The notes under the pieces are model-generated. The model saw nothing but the letters and a program-made list of their open reading frames with translations. It had not been told where the DNA came from and did not search any database. This document shows, in pieces, positions 47,145 through 55,751 of a DNA stretch of 64,000 bases. Numbering within the stretch: position 1 is the first letter of the stretch; the number at the start of each line of letters is the position of its first letter. Source of the stretch: Thiobacillus sp. Lineage in GTDB: Bacteria; Pseudomonadota; Gammaproteobacteria; Burkholderiales; Thiobacillaceae. The DNA is taken from contig JAIBEI010000041.1 in the NCBI GenBank assembly GCA_019459055.1, positions 863-64,862 on the forward strand, read 5' to 3'. Both the position numbers and the translations under genes were made by a program.

Positions 47145-47435
47145 TCATCGGCCCTGGTGTTCGATCATTTCACCCGGCTGGCTGCCGGGGCGCAGCTTGC
47201 CCTGGTAGATAAAGCCGGCGCCATAGCGGCGGCGGCCATCCGGCGCGGTGACGAGTTCGTTTTCACTCCAGATCCAGACATGGCCGTCGCGGGTATCGAG
47301 GATGAACGCCCGTCCGCCGCCCTTGCCGCCTTCGGCGCCGGCCAGTGGCAAGGCCTCGTAACGCCCGGCCTCATCCGCCCATGCGCCGGCCGACACGGCC
47401 AGCAGTCCCAACAGCATCCATCCTGTCCGCATCAT
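47145..47435 (-). CDS. Hypothetical secreted protein
   Basis: Signal peptide (LLGLLAVSAGAWA) followed by the beta-rich FILDTRDGHVWIW. Confidence 0.65.
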   Translation of the reverse strand: MMRTGWMLLGLLAVSAGAWADEAGRYEALPLAGAEGGKGGGRAFILDTRDGHVWIWSENELVTAPDGRRRYGAGFIYQGKLRPGSQPGEMIEHQGR

Positions 47436-47518
47436 GCATCCTTTCATGTGGCCCGAATTACCCACCCCCACCAACCGCGCCTACATTTTTGAACGGGCAT
47501 TTCAATGGACCTCCGGGG

Positions 47519-48370
47519 TCATTTGAAAAGCGCGGCCACGGCCTCCGCATCCAGCACATATTCATGGTTGCAGACATCGTCGTGCACCCGGATTTCGCCA
47601 TGCTCGGCGAGGATGGACTCGCATGCCGTGCGTCCCACGCTGCGCAGCATGGAATAAATCTTGGCCGGATCATACGGGCAGTGGTAGCGGACCGGGCGCG
47701 GGTCGTACACGCGCACGTCCTCTTCCGGAAACAGCCGCTCGATCAGCTTGATCGAGCCCAGGTCGAGCAGCTCCTCCGCCCGCACGGTGCCGGCCAGGAT
47801 CTGCACCCGGTTCCAGCCGTCGGCGTCGCGCTCATCCGCGCCCGGCAGCGCTTGCAGGAACAGGCCCGCAGCGGTCTCGTGGCTGGCCGCCAGCCACAGG
47901 CGGGTAGGCGTCTGCTCGGACTGCGTCAGGTAATGTTCGAACACCGCGGCCACGTTATCGCCCTGCAGCGGCACATGGCTCTGGTAGGGCTGGCGCATGC
48001 CGTCGGTGTCTAGGGTGAGGGTCAGCGCGCCGTCACCCAGCAGGGCCGGCAGGCTGCCCGCGGAGACTTCCGGCGCGCTGCGCGCCATGCCGCGCAAACG
48101 CAGCTGCTCGTCGCAGTCCATCACCAGCAACGACACCGCACCTTCGCCGCGCAGCTGAAAGGTGAGTCGTCCGGCTTGCTTGAGGTTGGCGGTGATCAGC
48201 GTGGCCACAGCCGCCAGCTGGCCGAGGAGTTCGACAACGGGTTCGGGATAATCGCGCCCTGCAATCATCTCGCGCCAGGCTGGACCGAGCTGCACCCAGG
48301 CGCCGCGGATGTCGAGCTGCTCGAACAGGAAACCGCGCACGCGGCTGGACTGGACGCCGGCCGGGTTCAA
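47519..48370 (-). CDS. hslO: Hsp33 family chaperone with atypical C-terminal zinc motif
   Basis: FLFEQLDIRGAWVQL, RLTFQLRGEGAVSLLV, VFEHYLTQSEQTPTRLWL, AAGLFLQALP and GWNRVQILAGT. The TTG start overlaps the upstream stop. Confidence 0.88.
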   Translation of the reverse strand: MNPAGVQSSRVRGFLFEQLDIRGAWVQLGPAWREMIAGRDYPEPVVELLGQLAAVATLITANLKQAGRLTFQLRGEGAVSLLVMDCDEQLRLRGMARSAPEVSAGSLPALLGDGALTLTLDTDGMRQPYQSHVPLQGDNVAAVFEHYLTQSEQTPTRLWLAASHETAAGLFLQALPGADERDADGWNRVQILAGTVRAEELLDLGSIKLIERLFPEEDVRVYDPRPVRYHCPYDPAKIYSMLRSVGRTACESILAEHGEIRVHDDVCNHEYVLDAEAVAALFK

Positions 48371-49623
48371 TTGAGTTGTACCCGCTCGCCCCAGGGCACC
48401 GCGCCCTTGCCCTTGACCAGCCAGATGACCGGGTAATTCGGCGGAATCTTGGGGAAATCGCCTTCGGCATCGGTGAAATACACCAGCATGTTGGGACTAC
48501 GATTCTCGTGTTCGACCCAGTCGAACACCGGGCGAAAATCGGTGCCGCCGCCCCCCGCGATCCCGGCGGGAAGCTGCATGGTGTCCCACGGCTCGAATTC
48601 CCACGGCGCATTTTCGGCAATGTGGTCGTCGCATGCCAGCAGCGTCACGCGCGCGCGCACCTGGCCTTTCAGCGCGTCGAGTTCGGAGACGAATTGGCGC
48701 AGTTCGTCATCGCCGATCGAACCGCTGGTGTCGATCGCCGCCACCACCTCGATGCCCTCGCTCGACAGGCGCGGCAGCAGCGCATCACCCTCGCGCCGCG
48801 ACGGCCGCCGCCATGAATAATCATCGCGCTGGTTGACCGCGAAGAAGCGCGCCAGCAACGCGCGCCACGGCAGGCTGGGCGCCAGCAGGCCGTCGACCCA
48901 GCGCATCATCGACTGCGACAGCTTGCCGGCCTGGCGCGCGGCCTGGGCGGCGGCGGTAAGGCGGTTCTTCCACTGCTCGGCGAGTTCTTCGCGCTCGGAC
49001 GGCGACAGTTCGTTGGGCTTCTGCGAGGCCTGGCTGCCGCTGCCCTCCTTCTCCTCGGCTTCGCTCTGGCCTTCCAAACCCCGCCCACCCGACTCGCCGG
49101 CGTCGGGATTGTCCTGACGCTGGCTGTCATCGGGGCTGGCGCCCGCTTCATTGTCGCTGTCGAACAAGTGCTGGTCGAAAGATTCCTCCGGCGTGTCCTC
49201 GGGAATCAGCGGGTAGATTTCCTCCGCCGACAGCGTCATGAAATTCTGATCGGCGAGGATGCCGTGCAGCGGCGGCTTCATGCCTTCCTCGATCAGGATG
49301 AGGTTGACTGCGTGATCGCAGGCCACATCCCAGCGCCGCTTCACCCGATGATTGCGGCGGTGGGGATGGCCCATGGCACAGTGCATCGCCTCGTGCGCCA
49401 GCACGAACTGGGTCTGCGCGAGGTTCAGGTTCTCGATGAACGCGGGATTGAAATAAAAGGCCTGCGCGTCGGTGCCGGTGGTGGTGCACCAGTCGCCGCC
49501 GGGTTTCAGCGGCAGGTGCATCACCAGCGCGCCGAGGAAGGGGCGCTCCATGATGAGACGGGTGCGCGCAGCCGCGAGCTTGGTGAGGATCGGCTGCAAC
49601 GCATCGGGCTGCTCAGTGCTCAT
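48367..49623 (-). CDS. Putative metallopeptidase (HEXXH, DUF2201-like) fused to a vWA domain
   Basis: VLAHEAMHC, WDVACDHAVN, an acidic disordered linker, MIDAS DTSGS, GGGGTDFRP and VYFTDAEG. Confidence 0.88.
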   Translation of the reverse strand: MSTEQPDALQPILTKLAAARTRLIMERPFLGALVMHLPLKPGGDWCTTTGTDAQAFYFNPAFIENLNLAQTQFVLAHEAMHCAMGHPHRRNHRVKRRWDVACDHAVNLILIEEGMKPPLHGILADQNFMTLSAEEIYPLIPEDTPEESFDQHLFDSDNEAGASPDDSQRQDNPDAGESGGRGLEGQSEAEEKEGSGSQASQKPNELSPSEREELAEQWKNRLTAAAQAARQAGKLSQSMMRWVDGLLAPSLPWRALLARFFAVNQRDDYSWRRPSRREGDALLPRLSSEGIEVVAAIDTSGSIGDDELRQFVSELDALKGQVRARVTLLACDDHIAENAPWEFEPWDTMQLPAGIAGGGGTDFRPVFDWVEHENRSPNMLVYFTDAEGDFPKIPPNYPVIWLVKGKGAVPWGERVQLN

Positions 49624-50656
49624 ACAGGACCAGATCGGTGATGCTGTTGGCCCACTCGGCAAACGCCGGCACGGCAAACAGCGGCCGTCCGACGGCACGG
49701 TGCAGGTCGGACACCAGCATCACGCCCATTTCGCGCTGCGGGAAGCGCTGTGCGTATTTGAGGATGTTGCCGTATACCCCCGCAGCGTTGGCGCCGTCGG
49801 CGGCCTGTAGCGCACGGCGCACCAGCGCGGCGGCAACCCCGTACTGCAGGTCGATGCCATGGGGCACTTCCGCCTCATCGCCGGCGATGATGGCGTCGAT
49901 ATCCGGCATCTGCGCCATGTTGTCGACAAAGGTTTTCAGTTCCAGCCCGGCCGACTGGCCGACGCAGGCCATCAACGCGTCGGCGAGCAAATCGGTGCGG
50001 TCGAATTTTTGCAGCGCGCGGTGAGCAAATTCCCACGAACGCGGGCTGGGAAAGGCGATCGGCGTGTGCGCCGGGTCGAAGCTGAACAGCAGATCGGGGC
50101 GGAAGCGCAGGAAGGCGATCACGCGCGGATCGATGTCCTCGGTGTGCGCCCAGTCCACCCAGTCATCCAGGTTCACCTCGACTTCGTAATGGGTGAAGCG
50201 GTTGGCCAGCGGCGCCGGCATCGCGTAGGTCACGCCGCGGTCGCCCTGGCGGTTGCCGGCGGCGAAGATCACCCAGCCGTCGGGCACCTGGTATTCGCCC
50301 AGCCGGCGGTCGAGGATCAGCTGATAGGCCGCGGCCGACACGGTGGGCGGCGCTGAGGTGATTTCATCCAGGAACAGGATGCCTGCCGGGCCGTGGCGCT
50401 CGGCATCCGGCAGCACCGCGGGGATCGACCATTCGACCAGCTGGCCGCTGCGAAAGGGAATGCCGCGCAGGTCGGTCGGCTCCATCTGGGAGAGGCGGAT
50501 GTCGATCAGCGGCACGCTATGCAGCAGGGCGATCTTGGCGACGATCTGCGACTTGCCGACACCCGGCGGGCCCCACAGCATCACCGGCGTGTGATAGCCG
50601 TCGGCGGCGCTTTCAAATTCGCGGTCGAGGATGGTTTCGATGTGGGTGGGTCGCAT
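49613..50656 (-). CDS. MoxR-type AAA+ ATPase
   Basis: Walker A GPPGVGKS, DIRLSQMEPTDLRGIP, Walker B ILFLDE, AAGNR, LANRFTH and PSPRSWE. Confidence 0.92.
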   Translation of the reverse strand: MRPTHIETILDREFESAADGYHTPVMLWGPPGVGKSQIVAKIALLHSVPLIDIRLSQMEPTDLRGIPFRSGQLVEWSIPAVLPDAERHGPAGILFLDEITSAPPTVSAAAYQLILDRRLGEYQVPDGWVIFAAGNRQGDRGVTYAMPAPLANRFTHYEVEVNLDDWVDWAHTEDIDPRVIAFLRFRPDLLFSFDPAHTPIAFPSPRSWEFAHRALQKFDRTDLLADALMACVGQSAGLELKTFVDNMAQMPDIDAIIAGDEAEVPHGIDLQYGVAAALVRRALQAADGANAAGVYGNILKYAQRFPQREMGVMLVSDLHRAVGRPLFAVPAFAEWANSITDLVLYEH

Positions 50657-50726
50657 GGATAATCAGTACAACAGTAAATGGCCTTGAATGATAATCGCTC
50701 GCGCCACTCGCTTCCACCCGTAAAAG

Positions 50727-50768
50727 GTAGGCCGTGGTTGTAAAGCCACTAAAGCGGCAACAATCACG
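50727..50768 (+). repeat. GTAG-footed REP-like branched hairpin, copy 2
   Basis: GTAGGCCGTGGTTGTAAAGCCACTAAAGCGGCAACAATCACG, homologous to 15941-15982. Confidence 0.8.
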
Positions 50769-50839
50769 ACCAGCTTCACCTTGCTCGATGTGGGGGGATT
50801 TTGTTACCGTGGCGCGCAACCCGGCAGATTGGAAGCAGC

Positions 50840-51373
50840 ATGAATTTTTGCAGTGAATGTGGCAGCGCCGTGGCGCTGCGCGTGCCCGAAGGCGATCATC
50901 TGCCGCGCCATGTGTGTCCCGGCTGCGGCACCATCCATTACCAGAACCCCAAGATGGTGGTCGGCTGCATCCCGGAATGGGAAGACAAGGTGCTGTTGTG
51001 CCGCCGCGCCATCGAACCCAAATACGGGCTGTGGACGCTGCCGGCCGGCTTCATGGAGAACGGCGAAACCACGCTCGAAGGCGCCGCGCGCGAGACGTGG
51101 GAAGAAGCCGGAGCGCGCATCGAGGTCGGCGGCCTCTATACCCTGTATAACCTGCCGCACATCAATCAGGTGTACTTCCTGTTCCGCGCCCGCCTGCTCG
51201 ATCTGGATTTCCAGCCCGGGATCGAATCGCTGGAAACCAGGCTGTTCACCGAAGCCGAAATTCCCTGGGACGAAATCGCCTTCCGCACCGTGCGCGTCAC
51301 GCTGGAACAGTACTTCAGCGACCGCCGCACAGGCTCATTCGACTTTCATTTCGGCGACATCCGCACGCGCTGA
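50840..51373 (+). CDS. Nudix hydrolase with N-terminal zinc ribbon
   Basis: FCSECG...CPGCG, YQNPKMVVG and the Nudix box PAGFMENGETTLEGAARETWEEA. Confidence 0.93.
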   Translation: MNFCSECGSAVALRVPEGDHLPRHVCPGCGTIHYQNPKMVVGCIPEWEDKVLLCRRAIEPKYGLWTLPAGFMENGETTLEGAARETWEEAGARIEVGGLYTLYNLPHINQVYFLFRARLLDLDFQPGIESLETRLFTEAEIPWDEIAFRTVRVTLEQYFSDRRTGSFDFHFGDIRTR

Positions 51374-51392
51374 GTTTACGACCCATGCTGCT

Positions 51393-52895
51393 TCAGGCGG
51401 CGACAGCGAACTGCTCCCGCCCGATCACATCCATGCTCACACGCAGCCAGCCTTCGTGGGTTTCCTGCACTTCACCCAGCAGCAGGCGATACACCATGTC
51501 GCCGTCGCGCAGCATCAGCGGCGTACCCAGCCGGTAATGCGTCTCGGGGATCAGCAGGTTGCTGACGCCCTGGTCGAGATGGGTCATCGGCATGAATACG
51601 GCCCAGGTCTTGTCCTGCGCCCCACCCTGACCATCCGGCTCGAAATAGATTTCCACCCGCTTGGGGTGACATGACAGGCGCTGGGTGCCAACCAAATGCT
51701 GGCCGTCTTCCTCACGGTTCCAGCGAATCGCCAGCAATTGCCAGACGCTCTCGGACGGATCCCAGTTCACCGCCACTAGGCGGCCATGCGGCAGCGCCTC
51801 GGGCAGCGCAAAGCCCATGCCCTTCGTACTCTCGTCACGCAACATCCACGGCTCCAGGGCAGGCCGAGTCTTGGCGGCATCGGGGGGGGCCAGTACTGCC
51901 AGGATGTTGGCCATCCCCGCTGCCGCCCACACTCGGCCGAAGCGGTGCGTGCGTTGGCGGTTGCGGCGGATGCCACCGCGTTCGATCAGACTCGCCGCCT
52001 GCTGGGTGAGTCCGTTATTTCCCTCTTCCGCTGGGGTTTGGTCGAGCGATTTCAGGTGATCGATGAGCGGGCGCAGGGCAAGGTAACGCAGACGGCGCCC
52101 CTCTACGCACGCACCATCCAGCACACTGGCGCCTTCAGACAGCGAAAGATCCACCATGTGCGTGTGCGCCTCGCGCAGTGGCGCGGCTTCGGGCAGCGGC
52201 AAAGAGTCGTAGCCATCGATGATCTGCGCAATGGACTCAATTTCCTGGGTGCGGTAGCCCAGTGGATGCACCAGCCCCATCAGCACCACCAGCATGTATT
52301 CGCGCGCGCAGTGGGTGGGCCGCGCGTCGATCTGCACCGTCTGCGTCGCAAAACCGTCGCGCTCGGCCAGGCGATAGATCTTGTGCATGCGGCGCCAGGC
52401 CGATGCGGACGGCGTGCGCGCCTGATGATAGTTCCAGCGCATGACCAGGCCGGCGTAACGCAGCACACGGGTGGCAATCTCGGCGGCAAAGGGCTTCAGT
52501 TCCGCACTGGCCGGCGTACGGTACGCCTGCTTCAGCATTGCAAGCCAGGCTTCCGCCAGCAGCGACCAGAACACCCACGATTCACGCCACAAGGCCTGGC
52601 GCGCCATCCGGAACGAGGACTGGTTGCGCACATACTGCTCGACGACGCGCCGTTGCAGCGGCAGGCCCGCCTCTTCCAGCCTCATCAATGAGTTCATGCG
52701 GCTGAGCGAAGCCACTTCATTTTCAGCATTGAAACGCTCCAGCCCCTCGACCAGCACATGATGCGCGTCGTAATCAGAGTCGGTAGGCAAGGCCTTCAGC
52801 CATTTATCGATGGCTTTCGCGGAAGCAAACGGCGAGCCTTCTCCGACTTTTCTGCGACGGGCGATCGCGCTCAACATATCGAAAAAATCGGTCAT
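51393..52895 (-). CDS. Hypothetical ~500-aa helical protein with a C-terminal atypical PilZ-like region
   Basis: Long ORF with a helical N-terminus; RNRQR (RxxxR) and DESTKG (DxSxxG) motifs are followed by beta-strand-rich sequence. Confidence 0.75.
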   Translation of the reverse strand: MTDFFDMLSAIARRRKVGEGSPFASAKAIDKWLKALPTDSDYDAHHVLVEGLERFNAENEVASLSRMNSLMRLEEAGLPLQRRVVEQYVRNQSSFRMARQALWRESWVFWSLLAEAWLAMLKQAYRTPASAELKPFAAEIATRVLRYAGLVMRWNYHQARTPSASAWRRMHKIYRLAERDGFATQTVQIDARPTHCAREYMLVVLMGLVHPLGYRTQEIESIAQIIDGYDSLPLPEAAPLREAHTHMVDLSLSEGASVLDGACVEGRRLRYLALRPLIDHLKSLDQTPAEEGNNGLTQQAASLIERGGIRRNRQRTHRFGRVWAAAGMANILAVLAPPDAAKTRPALEPWMLRDESTKGMGFALPEALPHGRLVAVNWDPSESVWQLLAIRWNREEDGQHLVGTQRLSCHPKRVEIYFEPDGQGGAQDKTWAVFMPMTHLDQGVSNLLIPETHYRLGTPLMLRDGDMVYRLLLGEVQETHEGWLRVSMDVIGREQFAVAA

Positions 52896-52930
52896 GAATG
52901 GTGTCAGCTTGTTTCGGATGCCTACAGACC

Positions 52931-52947
52931 AGCACCATTTATGCCAA
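52931..52947 (-). promoter_or_regulatory. Sigma54-like promoter for the PilZ-like gene
   Basis: Minus strand TTGGCATAAATGGTGCT (GG-N10-GC), about 35 nt upstream of the ATG at 52895. Confidence 0.45.
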
Positions 52948-53140
52948 ACCCATGGCCATAGCGTGTTTATTTCAACGCATTGGTTTTGTTGGGGTTTGCA
53001 ATGTTCACACGCGGCGGCTTTCCGGTGAATTAACGAAAATCCGACACTCGCTGTTGAAGCCGCGTCAATCCGACCCGGCACGCGGATTGCCATCGGGTTC
53101 GCCTCACAAAGCGGGACGAACCCGCTACAATGCGCGCCGA

Positions 53141-53228
53141 GGAAGCGTGGCAGAGTGGTCGATTGCACCGGTCTTGAAAACCGGCAACGGGCAACCGTTC
53201 GTGAGTTCGAATCTCACCGCTTCCGCCA
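53141..53228 (+). tRNA. tRNA-Ser (anticodon TGA)
   Basis: GGAAGCG acceptor stem, CCGGT-CT-TGA-AA-ACCGG anticodon arm, long variable arm, GTTCGAATC T-loop and encoded CCA. Confidence 0.97.
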
Positions 53229-53271
53229 GAATGATTAAACCCAGATTGTTCGTTCGGGCGAGATGCTTTGG

Positions 53272-53326
53272 GTAGGGTGCACCCGTGCACCGATTGATGC
53301 CCAAATGTGTACAGAGTGCACCCTAT
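53272..53326. repeat. REPIN-like doublet (GTAG family), copy B
   Basis: GTAGGGTGCACCCGTGCACC-GATTGATGCCC-AAAT-GTGTACAGAGTGCACCCTAT; same arms and spacer as 3636-3690. Confidence 0.8.
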
Positions 53327-53416
53327 GTGCCATAAATCGCCCAATGAAAATCTGGGGTAAAACGCCCAACGGGCGTTTTTTGTTGTGCCGCCCACACTTG
53401 ATGAGAAAATCTGCGG

Positions 53417-54274
53417 ATGGCACAGTCTTCCCCACTCACCCCCGTCAACCACAATCGCGACAGCGTCGGGATGACCTATGTCTACCCTGTGGTCTCACGC
53501 CGTGCGGGGGGCGTCTCGGTGGGGGTCAACCTCAATCCCAACAATGCCTGCAACTGGGCGTGCGTGTATTGCCAGGTGCCGGGCCTGACGCGCGGCACCT
53601 CGCCCGAGACCGATCTGGCGCAGCTGGAAGCCGAACTGCGCACGATGCTCGCCGATATCGTCCACGGCGACTTCATGCAAACGCGCGTGCCCGAGGGCGC
53701 GCGGCGGCTGAACGACATCGCGCTGTCGGGCAACGGCGAGCCGACCAGCGCCAAGGCCTTTCCGCAGGTCATCGAGCTGATCGGCCGGGTGATGAATGAC
53801 TTCGATCTGGTCGGGAAGATCAAGCTGGTGCTGATCACCAACGGCAGTCTGTCCGACCGGACGCGGGTGCAGGAGGGCCTCACCAGAATGGCGGCGCTGA
53901 ACGGCGAAGTCTGGTTCAAGTTCGACAGCGCGACCGCCGCCGGCATGCGCAGCATCAACCAGACGCGGATTTCACCCGACAGGCAGTTCGAGCGGCTGGC
54001 CGTAGCCGCGCGGCTGTGCCCGACCTGGCTGCAAACCTGCGTGTTCGCGCTCGACGGCAAGCCGCCATCGGAAGCGGAACAGGCAGCCTATCTGGCCGCG
54101 GTGGCGCGCATCCGGCAGCAATCGATCCCGCTGCAGGGCGTGCTGCTGTATGGCCTGGCGCGGCCTTCGATGCAGCCGCAGGCAGGCCGGCTGTCGGCGC
54201 TGCCCGCTGAATGGCTCGAAGCCTTCGCCGAAAAAATCCGCGCGGTCGGCTTGCCGGTTCTGGTTTCACCATGA
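53417..54274 (+). CDS. Radical SAM protein
   Basis: CNWACVYC (CxxxCxxC), YVYPVVSRRAGG and LSGNGEPT. Confidence 0.9.
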   Translation: MAQSSPLTPVNHNRDSVGMTYVYPVVSRRAGGVSVGVNLNPNNACNWACVYCQVPGLTRGTSPETDLAQLEAELRTMLADIVHGDFMQTRVPEGARRLNDIALSGNGEPTSAKAFPQVIELIGRVMNDFDLVGKIKLVLITNGSLSDRTRVQEGLTRMAALNGEVWFKFDSATAAGMRSINQTRISPDRQFERLAVAARLCPTWLQTCVFALDGKPPSEAEQAAYLAAVARIRQQSIPLQGVLLYGLARPSMQPQAGRLSALPAEWLEAFAEKIRAVGLPVLVSP

Positions 54275-54675
54275 TCCACGGCATCGGCACCGACCTGCTG
54301 GACGCCGGGCGGATTCGCAGCGGCCTCGCGCGCTTTGGCGAGCCCTACGCAAACCGCATCCTCGCCCCGGCCGAATATGCCGGATATGAAGCCAGCCGCG
54401 ATCCGGCGCGCTTCATCGCCAAATGCTTCGCCGCCAAGGAGGCGTTCGCCAAGGCTGCGGGAACCGGGCTGCGCGCGCCGGTATCGCTGCGCAACATCGC
54501 CGTGCTGCGCGACCCGCGCGGCAAACCCTTCCTGCAATGCGCGCCCGAACTCGCCGCCTGGCTGGCCACGCGCGGCGTCACGGCGCATCATGTTTCGCTG
54601 TCGGACGAGGGCGACCTTGTGCTGGCGTTTGTCGTGCTGGAGCAATCCCCTTCTTCTTCGGAGAACGCAACATGA
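54271..54675 (+). CDS. acpS: Holo-ACP synthase
   Basis: MIHGIGTDL, FAAKEAFAKAAGTG, GKP and HVSLSDE. Confidence 0.95.
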   Translation: MIHGIGTDLLDAGRIRSGLARFGEPYANRILAPAEYAGYEASRDPARFIAKCFAAKEAFAKAAGTGLRAPVSLRNIAVLRDPRGKPFLQCAPELAAWLATRGVTAHHVSLSDEGDLVLAFVVLEQSPSSSENAT

Positions 54676-55751
54676 CCCTTGGCCCCTTGATGCTCGACGT
54701 GACGGGCACCGAACTGACCGACGACGACCGCCGCCGCCTCGCCCATCCGCTCGTCGGCGGGGTGATCCTGTTTTCCCGCAACTACCGCGATCCGGCGCAG
54801 CTGGCCGCGCTGACCGTAGAGATCCACGCACTCAAGCCCGCGCCACTGCTGATCGGCGGCGATCAAGAGGGCGGCCGGGTGCAGCGCTTCCGCGAAGGTT
54901 TCACCCGCCTGCCGCCGATGCGCGCCTTCGGCGAAATCTGGAACGAACACCCGCAGCGCGCCCGCGAACTGGCGCGCGAAACCGGTTTTGTGCTGGCGAG
55001 CGAGCTGCGCGCGCACGGCGTCGACTTCAGCTTTGCGCCGGTGCTCGACCTGGATTACGGCGCCTCTTCGGTGATCGGTGACCGCGCCTTCCATGCCGAC
55101 CCGCACGCAGTGTTCCAGCTGGGGCAGGCGGTGATGCTCGGTATGAAGGACGCCGGCATGGCCGCCTGCGGCAAGCACTTTCCCGGCCACGGCTACGTCA
55201 AGGCGGATTCGCATGTCGCGATTCCGGTGGACGAACGCACCCTGGCCGACATGGCGATAACCGATCTGGTGCCGTTCCGGCTGATGATCGAGGCGGGGCT
55301 GGCCGCGGTCATGCCGGCGCACGTGATCTATCCCGAGGTCGACGACCGGCCTGCCGGATTTTCAAAAGTGTGGCTGCAAAAGCTGCTACGCCGTCAGCTC
55401 GGTTTCGACGGCGCGATTTTCAGCGACGACCTGTGCATGGAAGGCGCCGCCGTGGCGGGCGGCGTGGTCGAGCGGGTGGTCGCGGCGCTCGATGCCGGCT
55501 GCGACATGGCGCTGGTCTGCAACCGGCCCGACCTGGCGGACGAGGTGCTGGCCAATCTGAAGGTGGACTGGCCCGCGCCCGCCCGCGCGCGGCTGGCACG
55601 CATGCACGGCCACCCGCACCCACCGACGCTGGTCGAGCTGCGCGAGTCGGCGCGCTACGTCAGCGCGCTGCACCGCATCGCCGGGCTGGGGCAGGATTCC
55701 GCCGACCTCAACCTGCAGGCCGACCCGACCGATTACTGTGGCCGCGCATAA
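54672..55751 (+). CDS. nagZ: Beta-N-acetylhexosaminidase
   Basis: GGVILFSRNY, DQEGGRVQRFR, FAPVLDLD, CGKHFPGHG, DSH and FSDDLCMEGA. Confidence 0.96.
   Translation: MTLGPLMLDVTGTELTDDDRRRLAHPLVGGVILFSRNYRDPAQLAALTVEIHALKPAPLLIGGDQEGGRVQRFREGFTRLPPMRAFGEIWNEHPQRARELARETGFVLASELRAHGVDFSFAPVLDLDYGASSVIGDRAFHADPHAVFQLGQAVMLGMKDAGMAACGKHFPGHGYVKADSHVAIPVDERTLADMAITDLVPFRLMIEAGLAAVMPAHVIYPEVDDRPAGFSKVWLQKLLRRQLGFDGAIFSDDLCMEGAAVAGGVVERVVAALDAGCDMALVCNRPDLADEVLANLKVDWPAPARARLARMHGHPHPPTLVELRESARYVSALHRIAGLGQDSADLNLQADPTDYCGRA

Noticed and set aside
48367-50656. CbbQ/CbbO Rubisco activase or NorQ/NorD assignment
   Set aside because: The ATPase is longer and has a different Walker A context, the partner has an N-terminal HEXXH peptidase domain, and no cbb or nor genes are nearby.
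53141-53420. Genomic island integrated at tRNA-Ser
   Set aside because: There is no integrase and no duplicated tRNA 3' end in the window, only a REPIN, and core genes resume immediately.
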